DNA of 64,000 bases, taken from a candidate division WOR-3 bacterium (lineage in GTDB: Bacteria; Hydrothermota; Hydrothermia; JBDRYB01). The notes under the pieces are model-generated. The model saw only the letters and a program-made list of their open reading frames with translations. It did not search any database and had not been told where the DNA came from. Location of the stretch: positions 74,371 to 138,370 of the forward strand of contig JBDRYB010000004.1 in NCBI GenBank assembly GCA_039803205.1, read 5' to 3'. Each line of letters begins with the position of its first letter. The first letter of the stretch is position 1. Position numbers and translations under genes: made by a program. Of this stretch, positions 55,192-64,000 are shown in pieces.

Positions 55192-58100
55192 GTGCGCCAG
55201 GAACGCACTGAGAGACAATTTCAGGGTTATGTTCTTCAGATAATAGGGGAGGTCATTAATGAGAATCCCGGCTGGCCCCTCCGGGCAAGACCCGTCCAGG
55301 AAGAGGGCAGGAGCGACATTCTCATTCTGGATGAGAAGGAACAGGCCTTCTGCGTAATAGAGCTCAAAGATTACCTTGAGTTTCCAACACCATATAAAGA
55401 AGAACTCTGGGCCCAGGCTGAGCGCTACGCGGCCAAACTCGGCGCACCTTATTTCATAACATGGAACATGCTACGGGCCGTGGTCTGGGATCGCTCAAAA
55501 CCCATTCACGATTCGGATATGGGTGCCCTGATTGATATCGGGTATTATGATTGCGAACACTTCAGAAACCACCTAGCTCTTCCCCCGAGGGCCGAGCAAA
55601 ATTTGAAGAAACAGGTTGAGCTAACCCTCTCCTTTTTGATCGACCTCAGCCGGGGCGTTGTGCCTGAATATACCCTTGATAGGCGTTTCATTGACCGGCT
55701 GAACGCTCTCATTCTCCGATATTCTGATGCCATGACCTCCGAGGCCCTGGAAATATACAGAAACAATGCGGCTTTCAGACAGGAGCTTGAGAGATATGTC
55801 CGGGACGAGCAGGGCTGGAAATGGACTGGTTCCCCTGAAACACTCCAAGGGGAGACCGAAAGGATAACCAGGTTGGCTCTCCTCTTGTTGATGACCAAGC
55901 TGGTGTTCTATCACGCGCTCAAAACTAAAGGGAAGCACAAGGAACTCCCCAGGTTGATCGTGCCCCCTGCTAACCTTTCCTCTGTGGGGCTCATGGAATA
56001 TCTCTGGCGCGACTACATTTATCCTGTTATAAACAGGATAGATTACCAGACTTTATTAGGGGAACGCCCCTCCTTCATAGACGAATTTCCCTTCAGACTT
56101 TCATCTTGCAGGGAGTTCCTCGGGGAGCTCATCTCAGAGATAACCCAGTATGATTTCTCCGAGGTCCCGCACGACATCATCGGCAGGATATTTGAAGAGC
56201 TCATAGAGGAAGACAGCAGGCACCAGATGGGCCAGTATTTCACGAGGCCTGACATAGCGGATCTCATCTGCGCGTATTGCATAAGGGGAGGTTATGACGA
56301 TGTTCTAGACGCGGGTTCTGGATCAGGGACATTCTCGGTAAGGGCATATCACCGAAAGAAGAAGCTCATTCACTCCCAAACCCATCTTGACCTACTTCAA
56401 CACATCTGGAGCGTTGAGATAGCCCCTTATCCCGCGCACCTGACTACCCTCAACATGGTTATCCAAGACCTGCGCGTGGAAGCCAATTATCCGAGAGTGA
56501 TAAACCGCGACTTCTTTCTGCTGGACACGGGCGCAACCGTTCCGGTGAGAAACCCTGATGGCCGAGAGGAGGAGGTTGGGCTTCCCAAACTGGACGCGGT
56601 GGTCAGTAACCCGCCCTACACCAGGCAGGAAGAGATGGGAAAGGTGGCAACCGGGATAAAGGCCCGGGCATATGAAATATGCAGGAGGGAATGGCCGGAA
56701 ATATCCATAAGCAAAAGGGCATCCCTTTATGCCTATTTCTTCATGCACGCGGCCGCATTGCTCAAGAACGGGAATAACGACAGGCCTGGCGGTAGGCTCG
56801 GTTTCATCACGGCAGACTCGTGGCTTGATGTTGATTATGGCAAGGCATTGCAAGAGATGTTTCTAAGGCACTTCAGGCTGACTGCCATAATTGATTCAGA
56901 GGTTGAGCGCTGGTTTCGGGCCGCTGATGTGAATACCTGCATAACCCTGGCCGAGAAGAAAAAGAACGGGAATAACGGAGATAACCTCGTGAAATTCGTC
57001 AACCTGAAGGTTCGGCTTGATGAGCTCTGGGAGAGATATACCCCTGAGAGCTTTGCCGACGAAATTGAGTCCCACGATCGCGCTGGTTTCTCTGAGAACA
57101 GGTTCTACCGGATTTTTGCGGTTAAGCAATCCGAGCTCCTCGCGGAGGCCACGGACAGCGAGGGGAACTTCGTGGGCGCAAAGTGGGGCAAATACCTCCG
57201 TGCCCCAATGGTCTATTTCAGGATAATGGAGAGGGCGAGAGACAAGCTCGTTCCCCTCGGTGAGATAGCGAGTATAAGGCGCGGCTTCACGACCGGCGCA
57301 AACAAGTTCTTCTACGCTAAGGACATAACCGATCTCGTAGAGGACGAGAGGATCAGGCGTTTTGCTGGAATGACGAGGGCTAGTCTGAAAAAGAAGGGCC
57401 TCGCGCTGATTGAGTCCGAAGACGGGAGCTGGCACCTCATAGAGAGAATATATCTGAGGCCGGTAATTAAGAGTCTGAGGTTTGTCCCTGGAATCAAACT
57501 TACCCTTGAGGACATAGGTAACCAGAGGATAGTCTTTCTGAGAGGCCCGCTCAGGAAATTCGCGAGAAGGTATGTCAGATACGGGGAACAGGAGGGCTAC
57601 AGCAAAAGCAAGACCTGCTCCGCGAGAAAGCCTTGGTATAAGCTTCCCGATCTTGAGCCAGCGCCCCTGTTGATCTCACGCCGCTATGGAGAGAGGTTCT
57701 TCTTACCGATAAATCAGGGCGGCGCGCTGGATGATTGCGTTTTCTACGGCATAGACCTCAAGAGCAAAAGACAGATCGGCTCATTTGTCTCCTTCGTGAA
57801 TTCCACATTCTTCATGCTTCACCACCTTTTGCACTCCTATCATCTTACAGGAAGCATAACGGTCGCGGAACTGGACAGAATTCACCTCCTAAAGCTTCTG
57901 GTCCTGAAACCCACCCGTGCCACCGGGCGCATGAGATCGGCCATCAAATCCCTCTTTCCCCGGCCCATAAGGTCAATATTTGAGGAGCTTGGCCTGCCCA
58001 AGCCGGATAGGGATTTCTCAAACATAGACCCGAAAAGGATAAGGCTTGAGGGGGTCATGCCTGACCGCCTTGAGCTTGATGACGCTGTGCTGGAAGCTTT

Positions 58101-58227
58101 AGGATTTGAGGGTGAGCAAGAGCGCAAGGAGGTTCTTCTGGAGTTATACCGAGGGGTTGTTGCTTTGATAAAGGACAGACTAATGAAGGCAAGGAGCACG
58201 GAGCAGGCCGAAGAGGAGGATGAGTAA
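55192..58227 (+). CDS. Fused restriction endonuclease / N6-adenine methyltransferase (type IIG/IIC)
   Basis: N-terminal SDI...IELK nuclease motif, GQYFT, motif I DAGSGSGTF, motif IV SNPPY, RRGFTTGANKFFY, C-terminal specificity region. Confidence 0.85.
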   Translation: MRQERTERQFQGYVLQIIGEVINENPGWPLRARPVQEEGRSDILILDEKEQAFCVIELKDYLEFPTPYKEELWAQAERYAAKLGAPYFITWNMLRAVVWDRSKPIHDSDMGALIDIGYYDCEHFRNHLALPPRAEQNLKKQVELTLSFLIDLSRGVVPEYTLDRRFIDRLNALILRYSDAMTSEALEIYRNNAAFRQELERYVRDEQGWKWTGSPETLQGETERITRLALLLLMTKLVFYHALKTKGKHKELPRLIVPPANLSSVGLMEYLWRDYIYPVINRIDYQTLLGERPSFIDEFPFRLSSCREFLGELISEITQYDFSEVPHDIIGRIFEELIEEDSRHQMGQYFTRPDIADLICAYCIRGGYDDVLDAGSGSGTFSVRAYHRKKKLIHSQTHLDLLQHIWSVEIAPYPAHLTTLNMVIQDLRVEANYPRVINRDFFLLDTGATVPVRNPDGREEEVGLPKLDAVVSNPPYTRQEEMGKVATGIKARAYEICRREWPEISISKRASLYAYFFMHAAALLKNGNNDRPGGRLGFITADSWLDVDYGKALQEMFLRHFRLTAIIDSEVERWFRAADVNTCITLAEKKKNGNNGDNLVKFVNLKVRLDELWERYTPESFADEIESHDRAGFSENRFYRIFAVKQSELLAEATDSEGNFVGAKWGKYLRAPMVYFRIMERARDKLVPLGEIASIRRGFTTGANKFFYAKDITDLVEDERIRRFAGMTRASLKKKGLALIESEDGSWHLIERIYLRPVIKSLRFVPGIKLTLEDIGNQRIVFLRGPLRKFARRYVRYGEQEGYSKSKTCSARKPWYKLPDLEPAPLLISRRYGERFFLPINQGGALDDCVFYGIDLKSKRQIGSFVSFVNSTFFMLHHLLHSYHLTGSITVAELDRIHLLKLLVLKPTRATGRMRSAIKSLFPRPIRSIFEELGLPKPDRDFSNIDPKRIRLEGVMPDRLELDDAVLEALGFEGEQERKEVLLELYRGVVALIKDRLMKARSTEQAEEEDE

Positions 58228-58508
58228 TGGAGCAGGACCCGAGGAAGATAAGAAGGAAGCTGAGAAGAATGGGCTGGCGCAAGAGGAGGGAGTATATCAA
58301 CAAAATCTTTTCGGAGCAGTTGGCAAAGGAGCTCAGAGAGGAGCACCCTGACCTCAGACCTGGCAAGGTGGCTATGGACCTCATAAGAAAGAAGGTTGAG
58401 GGAAGAGAGCCCTCTCCCCAGAACCAAGAGGTGCTCATTTCAATGGTTTGGAACATACTGTTTCCTGGAATTGAACCACCAGAGATCAAAACCCAATCCT
58501 TGTTCTGA
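58227..58508 (+). CDS. Small basic hypothetical protein
   Basis: TAATG overlap with the R-M gene, GGAGG SD, host-like codon use. Confidence 0.5.
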   Translation: MEQDPRKIRRKLRRMGWRKRREYINKIFSEQLAKELREEHPDLRPGKVAMDLIRKKVEGREPSPQNQEVLISMVWNILFPGIEPPEIKTQSLF

Positions 58509-58585
58509 GAGCAAGATCCTGACCAGGCCAACATTTGCTTTGCAGTGTCCTCACGAGCCCTGGATCTATACTCTTCAGGATGGCT

Positions 58586-58610
58586 TTCGGTGATCTGGAA
58601 TTTTGAAACA
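58586..58610. repeat. Solo IS end, exact reverse complement of 21029-21053
   Basis: TTCGGTGATCTGGAATTTTGAAACA, 25/25 match. Confidence 0.75.
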
Positions 58611-58676
58611 TTACGCTGGCAGGGAGCTAAACTTTTCCTGGCACCGGGGTGGCTTGAGGCCTTATAATTATACTAT

Positions 58677-58907
58677 ATGCCCGCTGGTGAGGAGATAATT
58701 ATACTCGGATGGTCTGATTGCTCAAGGGTCCTTGAGGATGTCTCCGCGCGGCTCGGGGAAATGCCTCCTGGTGGGAGGATCAGGGTTCTATTCTCCAACA
58801 GGGACTTCGCCATAGACCTATCAGCGTTTTGCCACGAGACAGGGAACCGGCTCCTTGACCTCGGGGCTCAGGACGATAAGTTTTACGCGGTTATTGAGAA
58901 GGTATGA
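58677..58907 (+). CDS. TusA/SirA-like protein with degenerate CPxP motif
   Basis: 76 aa; M.PG..I.VL......DL.AFC.ETGN.L..........I.K pattern; Cys in SDCSR. Confidence 0.7.
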   Translation: MPAGEEIIILGWSDCSRVLEDVSARLGEMPPGGRIRVLFSNRDFAIDLSAFCHETGNRLLDLGAQDDKFYAVIEKV

Positions 58908-60184
58908 CCCAGAGACAGAAAGCCCTCTCCGGAGAGATAACGGCTGAGATGAGGCAGGTTGCCTCGGATGAGGGGTTATCCCCTGAGCGCGTCCGCGACC
59001 TCGTCAGAGCCGGCAGGGTAGTGATCCTCAAGAACGCCCTTCACGATGTAAAGCCAGTAGGGGTGGGAGAGGGGCTGAGGACGAAGGTCAACGCTAACAT
59101 AGGCTCCTCCCCTTATCACATGATCATTGAGGAGGAGATAGAGAAGCTCCGCGTCTCGGTTGAGGCCGGCGCTGACACGGTCATGGACCTCTCCCTCGGT
59201 CAGTTCCTAAACAGGATAAGAAGGGAGATAATCAAGCGCTCGCCCATTCCCGTCGGCACGGTCCCCATATACCAGGTCGGATTTGAGCTCTCCAGGAAAC
59301 AGAAGCGGGTTGAGGATATGACGCTATCGGATTTCCTCCGTGTCATGGAGAAGCAAGCCAAAGAAGGGGTTGACTTCATGACCGTTCACGCTGGAACAAC
59401 GAGAAGGGCCTGGGAGCTCATGAAGCAGGGGGGGAGGGTCCTGAATGTTGTCTCACGAGGCGGGAGCATGCTCGTGGCTTGGATGGAGGCGAACGGGAGG
59501 GAGAACCCTCTTTACGAGGGATTTGACGAGATACTTGATGTTGCAGAGGAATACGACATTACGCTCTCTCTTGGCGATGGCATGAGGCCGGGCGCGATCG
59601 CTGATGCGGGAGACAGGCCCCAGATTGAGGAGCTCATAACCCTCGCTGAGCTGGCCGCCAGGTGCCTTGAGAGGGGTGTCCAGGTGATGATAGAGGGGCC
59701 TGGCCATGTCCCTCTCACCCAGATTGAAACCAACATAAGGATACAGAAGAGCCTCACGCGAGGCCTGCCTTTCTACATACTGGGCCCTCTGCCCACGGAC
59801 ATAGCCCCAGGATACGATCACATAGCGGCCGCCATAGGCGGCGCGATAGCCGGAGCCGCTGGGGCCGATTTCCTCTGCTACCTAACCCCAGCCGAGCACC
59901 TGAGATTGCCGACGCCCCAGGATGTCCGAGAGGGGGTGATAATAACCAGGATAGCCGCGCACATCGCTGACCTCGCGAAGGGGATACCCGGGGCCTGGGA
60001 ACACGATAGGGCAATGTCAGAGGCCAGGGCGAACCTGGATTGGGAGACCATGTTCCGCTTGGCAATTGATCCAACCAAGGCCAAGAAATACAGGGCCGAA
60101 AGCGAGGCCTCCGAGAAGGACTTCTGCACCATGTGCGGGGAGTTCTGCGCGGTTAAGGCCCTCAAGAGGATACTGGGGGAATAG
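58904..60184 (+). CDS. thiC: Phosphomethylpyrimidine synthase (short ThiC)
   Basis: KVNANIG, DTVMDLS, VSRGGS, SLGDGMRPG, EGPGHVP, TDIAPGYDHI, CTMCGEFC. Confidence 0.9.
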   Translation: MTQRQKALSGEITAEMRQVASDEGLSPERVRDLVRAGRVVILKNALHDVKPVGVGEGLRTKVNANIGSSPYHMIIEEEIEKLRVSVEAGADTVMDLSLGQFLNRIRREIIKRSPIPVGTVPIYQVGFELSRKQKRVEDMTLSDFLRVMEKQAKEGVDFMTVHAGTTRRAWELMKQGGRVLNVVSRGGSMLVAWMEANGRENPLYEGFDEILDVAEEYDITLSLGDGMRPGAIADAGDRPQIEELITLAELAARCLERGVQVMIEGPGHVPLTQIETNIRIQKSLTRGLPFYILGPLPTDIAPGYDHIAAAIGGAIAGAAGADFLCYLTPAEHLRLPTPQDVREGVIITRIAAHIADLAKGIPGAWEHDRAMSEARANLDWETMFRLAIDPTKAKKYRAESEASEKDFCTMCGEFCAVKALKRILGE

Positions 60185-60253
60185 CCATAAGGCCTGGTAG
60201 GGTTACCATGAGGAAATTTGATACCGCTATGTCATCGTCCTTATAATATCATC

Positions 60254-61540
60254 ATGGCGAATTGTGTAAGGTGCGATAGATTCGAGCCCCTCCCTGAGAG
60301 GGATTTCTGCTGGGCGTGCGCGACCGATACTGAAAGGGAAGGTTGGTGGGGAGAGTGCTCCTATCTTTATTTGGAAAGCTACTTTTCTCTCGTTACTCCA
60401 CTGGGGGAGAACGGTGAGGGCTGGATGGAGATACATCAGGATCTCAGAGATTTCATGAGAGCGAAGGGCTACGAGCCTGTGGATGACCCCAAAAATGCGG
60501 GGGCCGAAAGATTTCTCTTTTTGGTTGATTGGTCAGGTATGGACCTCCAACACCTCGATCTGAGCGGGAGGATCCTCGCGTGCTCTAGATTGGAGAAAAG
60601 CAATTTGACCGGGGCTAACCTAAAGGGAGCGGTTCTGTCCGGAGCCAACCTCACGGAGGCAGAGCTTTACAAGGCCATCTTGGATGAGGCGAGCATCTGG
60701 AACTCCTTGCTTATGGAAGCGAAGCTCGGGAGCACTAGTCTAAAAGGCGCGAGGCTCGCTGAGTCTGATTTGAGAAAGGCGTTATTTGTGGAGGCAGATC
60801 TGGAGGGGGCGTATTTCGGTATATCGGATTTGAGCGAGGCCGTTTTTTATGATTCCAACATGAGAAACGCCAACTTTTGCATGGCGGATCTCAGAGGGGC
60901 CATCCTCAGAAGTGTCAATCTTGAGGGCGCAGATTTTTATCTGGCCGAACTGAACAGGATAATCCTAGATGATATCAGGCTCCGCGGAGCGAAAAACCTT
61001 CGCGCGAGGCAATTTGGCAGAGGGCCCGGAGGGCATTTCACTGAGCAGAGGGAAAAGGCCCTCTTGGAACTGAGGTTTTATTGGCAGGAGCAGGGTTTCC
61101 GTGAGGATGAGGATTGGGCACTGGTAAAATACAGAAGGTCCAGGCTCAGGAGAGAGTTCCTGGAAACTTTTTCAATTTGGGAGCTCATGGAGCTGATGTG
61201 GCGCTATCCTTTTGCGATGTTGTTTAGGATGTTCATCAAGTTTCCGGCATACCTGTTCCTGGACATAGTATCCAAATACGGAACCAGCCTGGGGAGGTCT
61301 GTGGCTTCTTCTTTTGCCATAGTCTTGGTTTATGCTCTCGTTTACAAGTTTAGCAATATGGAACTGGGCTTCTGGCAGGCCCTTTACCTATCTTTGCTTG
61401 GATTCGCTACCTTGGGTTTCGGGAACATAAGGCCTCTACTCAATACTTCGGCAGAGGCATGGGTGGTCTCTGAGATCATCATGGGTTACATCATGTTCGG
61501 CGTTCTGGTCTGGGTTATCATCAGAAAGGTTTCCCGTTAG
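60254..61540 (+). CDS. Pentapeptide-repeat protein fused to a 2-TM potassium-channel-like domain
   Basis: N-terminal CxxC...CxxC, long A(D/N)Lxx repeats, TM - ALYLS..FATLGFGNI - TM; ATG 6 nt after TATAAT. Confidence 0.8.
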   Translation: MANCVRCDRFEPLPERDFCWACATDTEREGWWGECSYLYLESYFSLVTPLGENGEGWMEIHQDLRDFMRAKGYEPVDDPKNAGAERFLFLVDWSGMDLQHLDLSGRILACSRLEKSNLTGANLKGAVLSGANLTEAELYKAILDEASIWNSLLMEAKLGSTSLKGARLAESDLRKALFVEADLEGAYFGISDLSEAVFYDSNMRNANFCMADLRGAILRSVNLEGADFYLAELNRIILDDIRLRGAKNLRARQFGRGPGGHFTEQREKALLELRFYWQEQGFREDEDWALVKYRRSRLRREFLETFSIWELMELMWRYPFAMLFRMFIKFPAYLFLDIVSKYGTSLGRSVASSFAIVLVYALVYKFSNMELGFWQALYLSLLGFATLGFGNIRPLLNTSAEAWVVSEIIMGYIMFGVLVWVIIRKVSR

Positions 61541-61602
61541 CGCGAGCTTGAATCGCCTCTTGGCAGGGCCTTAGACTTTTCGCCGAACAGAGGAAGGATA
61601 GA

Positions 61603-63096
61603 ATGCCTGAGGCACTTATCTTTGAACTTTCAAGGCCCGGAAGAAAGGGTTATTCTCTCAGGAAGCTGGATGTGCCCCAGAAGGGGCTTTCGGAAATGAT
61701 CCCGCCCAAGCTTCTCAGAAGGACACCGCCTCCTTTGCCTGAGGTTTCCGAGAACGAGATCGTCCGGCACTATCACCGCCTTTCTGCCATGAACTACCAT
61801 GTTGACCGCGGCATATACCCGCTCGGCAGCTGCACCATGAAGTATAACCCGAAGATCAACGAGAGGGTCTCTCGCTTGCCCGGATTCCTGAACATCCATC
61901 CCCTTGCCCCCACAGAGGCTGTTCAGGGAGCGCTTCGGCTCATGTGGGAGCTCGCGGAATACCTCAAGGAGATAAGCGGAATGGACGCTGTTTCCCTCCA
62001 GCCCTCGGCCGGCGCGCAGGGCGAGTTCACCGGCGTAATGATAATAAGGCGCTATCACGAGGACAAGGGGGATCCGAGGGAGATAATTCTGATGCCCGAC
62101 TCCGCCCACGGAACCAACCCAGCCTCCTCGGTTCTCGCTGGATATAAGACCCTCGCTGTCAAATCCGCTGAGGACGGAACCATATCCCTGGATGATCTGA
62201 AAGCGAAGCTCAACGACCGGGTTGCTGGTATAATGATAACCAACCCCAACACCCTTGGGCTCTTTGAGAGGAACATAAAAGAGGTCTCCGAGCTCATGCA
62301 CAGGGCAGGCGCGCTCGTCTACATGGATGGGGCGAACCTGAACGCGGCCCTCGGCTACATAAAAACAGCGGAGATGGGGGTTGATGTTATGCACTTCAAC
62401 CTCCACAAGACATTCTCAACCCCTCACGGAGGCGGAGGCCCTGGTTCTGGGCCCGTTGGGGTCGTTAAGGAGCTTGAGCCATACCTGCCCGTCCCGAGGG
62501 TTATGAGGGATGTCCTGAGGGACGGCCAGAGGTTCTATCTGAGCTGGGATTTCCCGAAGTCCATAGGAAAGGTTCACTCCTTCTACGGGAATTTCAATGT
62601 ATTTCTCAAGGCCTACGCCTTCATCAGGATGGCTGGCGCTGATGGCCTCAGGAGGATGTCAGAGGACGCTGTCATAAACGCGAACTACATAAGGGCGGGC
62701 CTGCAGGGGGTTTATGACTTGCATTATCCAGGGGTCTGCACCCACGAGGTCGTTTTCGCGGCAACGAACCTCCTAAAGGAATACGGCATAAAGACCCTTG
62801 ATGTGGCGAAGCGGCTTCTGGACCTGGGCTTCCACGCGCCAACCGTCTATTTCCCCCTCATAGTCCACGAGGCTCTCATGATAGAGCCCACTGAGAACGA
62901 ATCAAAGGAGACCCTGGACGCCTTCATAGCGGCGATGAAGCGTATAGCGAAGGAAGCAAAGGAAAACCCTGAGCTCCTCAGGGAGGCCCCGAAGAGCACG
63001 CCAGTAAGGCGCCTTGATGAGGTCAAGGCCGCTAAGGACCTCAATATAAGATGGGTTCCTGAGGCTCAGGAAAAACCAAAGGAATTGGGTGCATAG
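61603..63096 (+). CDS. gcvPB: Glycine dehydrogenase (decarboxylating) subunit 2
   Basis: YPLGSCTMKYNP, QPSAGAQGE, SAHGTNPAS, DGANLNA, NLHKTFSTPHGGGGPG, IEPTE. Confidence 0.96.
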   Translation: MPEALIFELSRPGRKGYSLRKLDVPQKGLSEMIPPKLLRRTPPPLPEVSENEIVRHYHRLSAMNYHVDRGIYPLGSCTMKYNPKINERVSRLPGFLNIHPLAPTEAVQGALRLMWELAEYLKEISGMDAVSLQPSAGAQGEFTGVMIIRRYHEDKGDPREIILMPDSAHGTNPASSVLAGYKTLAVKSAEDGTISLDDLKAKLNDRVAGIMITNPNTLGLFERNIKEVSELMHRAGALVYMDGANLNAALGYIKTAEMGVDVMHFNLHKTFSTPHGGGGPGSGPVGVVKELEPYLPVPRVMRDVLRDGQRFYLSWDFPKSIGKVHSFYGNFNVFLKAYAFIRMAGADGLRRMSEDAVINANYIRAGLQGVYDLHYPGVCTHEVVFAATNLLKEYGIKTLDVAKRLLDLGFHAPTVYFPLIVHEALMIEPTENESKETLDAFIAAMKRIAKEAKENPELLREAPKSTPVRRLDEVKAAKDLNIRWVPEAQEKPKELGA

Positions 63097-63796
63097 CCTC
63101 ATCCTCTGCGTTCTTTCGCAGACCATTGAGCTGGTCTATGGTGGTGGGAAGGACTACGAGCTCTTTCAGAAGGCGAACTCCATGGTCGCGCAGGGGAGGT
63201 ATGAAGAGGCAATAGGGCTTTACCTTGAGGCGATAAAGCTCTACCCTAGCTTCAAAGAGGCATACAACAACATGGGGGTTGCCTACAGCCTCCTCGGAGA
63301 CACCACCAGCGCTATCAGGGCATTCCGAGAGGCCATAGGGATTGATTCCCTATACATAGACCCCCTCCTCAACCTAGCCTCGTGCTACGCGGGCATGGGC
63401 CTCGGGGATTCTGCCGTGAAATACTACAACCGGGTCCTGAGGCTGGACCCCGAAAACCCGAAGGCACTCTCGGCTTTCACGCAGGCGCAGGCGCAAGCAG
63501 TCAATCAGGGGCAAAGCGCTGGCAAGGGCCAGTCCTCTGAGGCACAGACCGGGGAATCAAAACAGCGCGGCGACGAGATAAAGGAGAAGGAACAAGCCCT
63601 CGCGAAGGACCCCTACAATCCCCAGACCTATTACGATATAGCGGTCTTGCTGGACAAGGCAGGACGCTACGAGGAGGCAATAGACTACTACATAGGGTTT
63701 CTTAACACATCAAAGGACAAGCAGGGCTACGAGGCTATGCGGGAGTTCGCGCAGAAGAGGGTGAATGAATTGGCGAGGGCGCTCAGGAGAAAGTAG
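63089..63796 (+). CDS. Exported TPR-repeat protein
   Basis: Hydrophobic N-terminus, EAYNNMGVAY and other TPR motifs, Gln-rich linker. Confidence 0.8.
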   Translation: MHSLILCVLSQTIELVYGGGKDYELFQKANSMVAQGRYEEAIGLYLEAIKLYPSFKEAYNNMGVAYSLLGDTTSAIRAFREAIGIDSLYIDPLLNLASCYAGMGLGDSAVKYYNRVLRLDPENPKALSAFTQAQAQAVNQGQSAGKGQSSEAQTGESKQRGDEIKEKEQALAKDPYNPQTYYDIAVLLDKAGRYEEAIDYYIGFLNTSKDKQGYEAMREFAQKRVNELARALRRK

Positions 63797-64000
63797 ACCA
63801 GAGAGGACGAGGCTCGCTCACCTGGCCCATTTCGACCCATTTTCTGCCTGACATGGCCCATTTCTAACCCCCTGTAAGTCCTTGTGGCACAAGCACATAG
63901 CCATAATCGTCCCAGGGTTATGGGGCTGTAGTAGCCATTCTCAGCCATGTTGAGAAGGCTCTGGAGCAAAACCCCGCTCTCCTTAGCTTTTCTTCCCACC

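Noticed and set aside
63727..63999. Minus ORF at the window end
   Set aside because: Overlaps the TPR gene, has no recognisable motif and is truncated by the window edge, so it cannot be called.

Overview
A gene-dense chromosomal segment of a diderm bacterium with moderately high GC. Heavy AGG/AGA/ATA codon use suggests a thermophile. The T9SS-like cargo proteins, DUF4837, DUF3108 and DUF6754 point to the FCB/WOR-3 neighbourhood, but that placement is inference. Housekeeping content: uvrC 3' end; rpmA-nuoABCDEF-short S1-speD; grpE-dnaK-dnaJ-hinT-rpsU-mutS2-dnaG-rpoD; queA; ahcY; lspA; rho; recA; dcd; ptsH/ptsI; thi4; argF; thiC; gcvPB. The most notable items are: (1) an archaeal-type geranylgeranyl reductase overlapping a group II GGGP synthase, i.e. 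two steps of ether-lipid synthesis, inside the recA-rho gene run; (2) a five-gene uncharacterised membrane operon with two DUF6754-type paralogues; (3) two intrinsic terminators whose large loops carry an anti-Shine-Dalgarno sequence, one complementary to the ribosome-binding site of its own gene; (4) a recurring -10 box 5-7 nt upstream of start codons, suggesting leaderless genes; (5) four secreted proteins with a divergent T9SS-like C-terminal domain; (6) a fused type IIG restriction-modification gene; (7) several decayed IS remnants with traceable inverted repeats. No rRNA, tRNA or CRISPR array was recognised. All family calls come from motif recognition by eye, not database searches.
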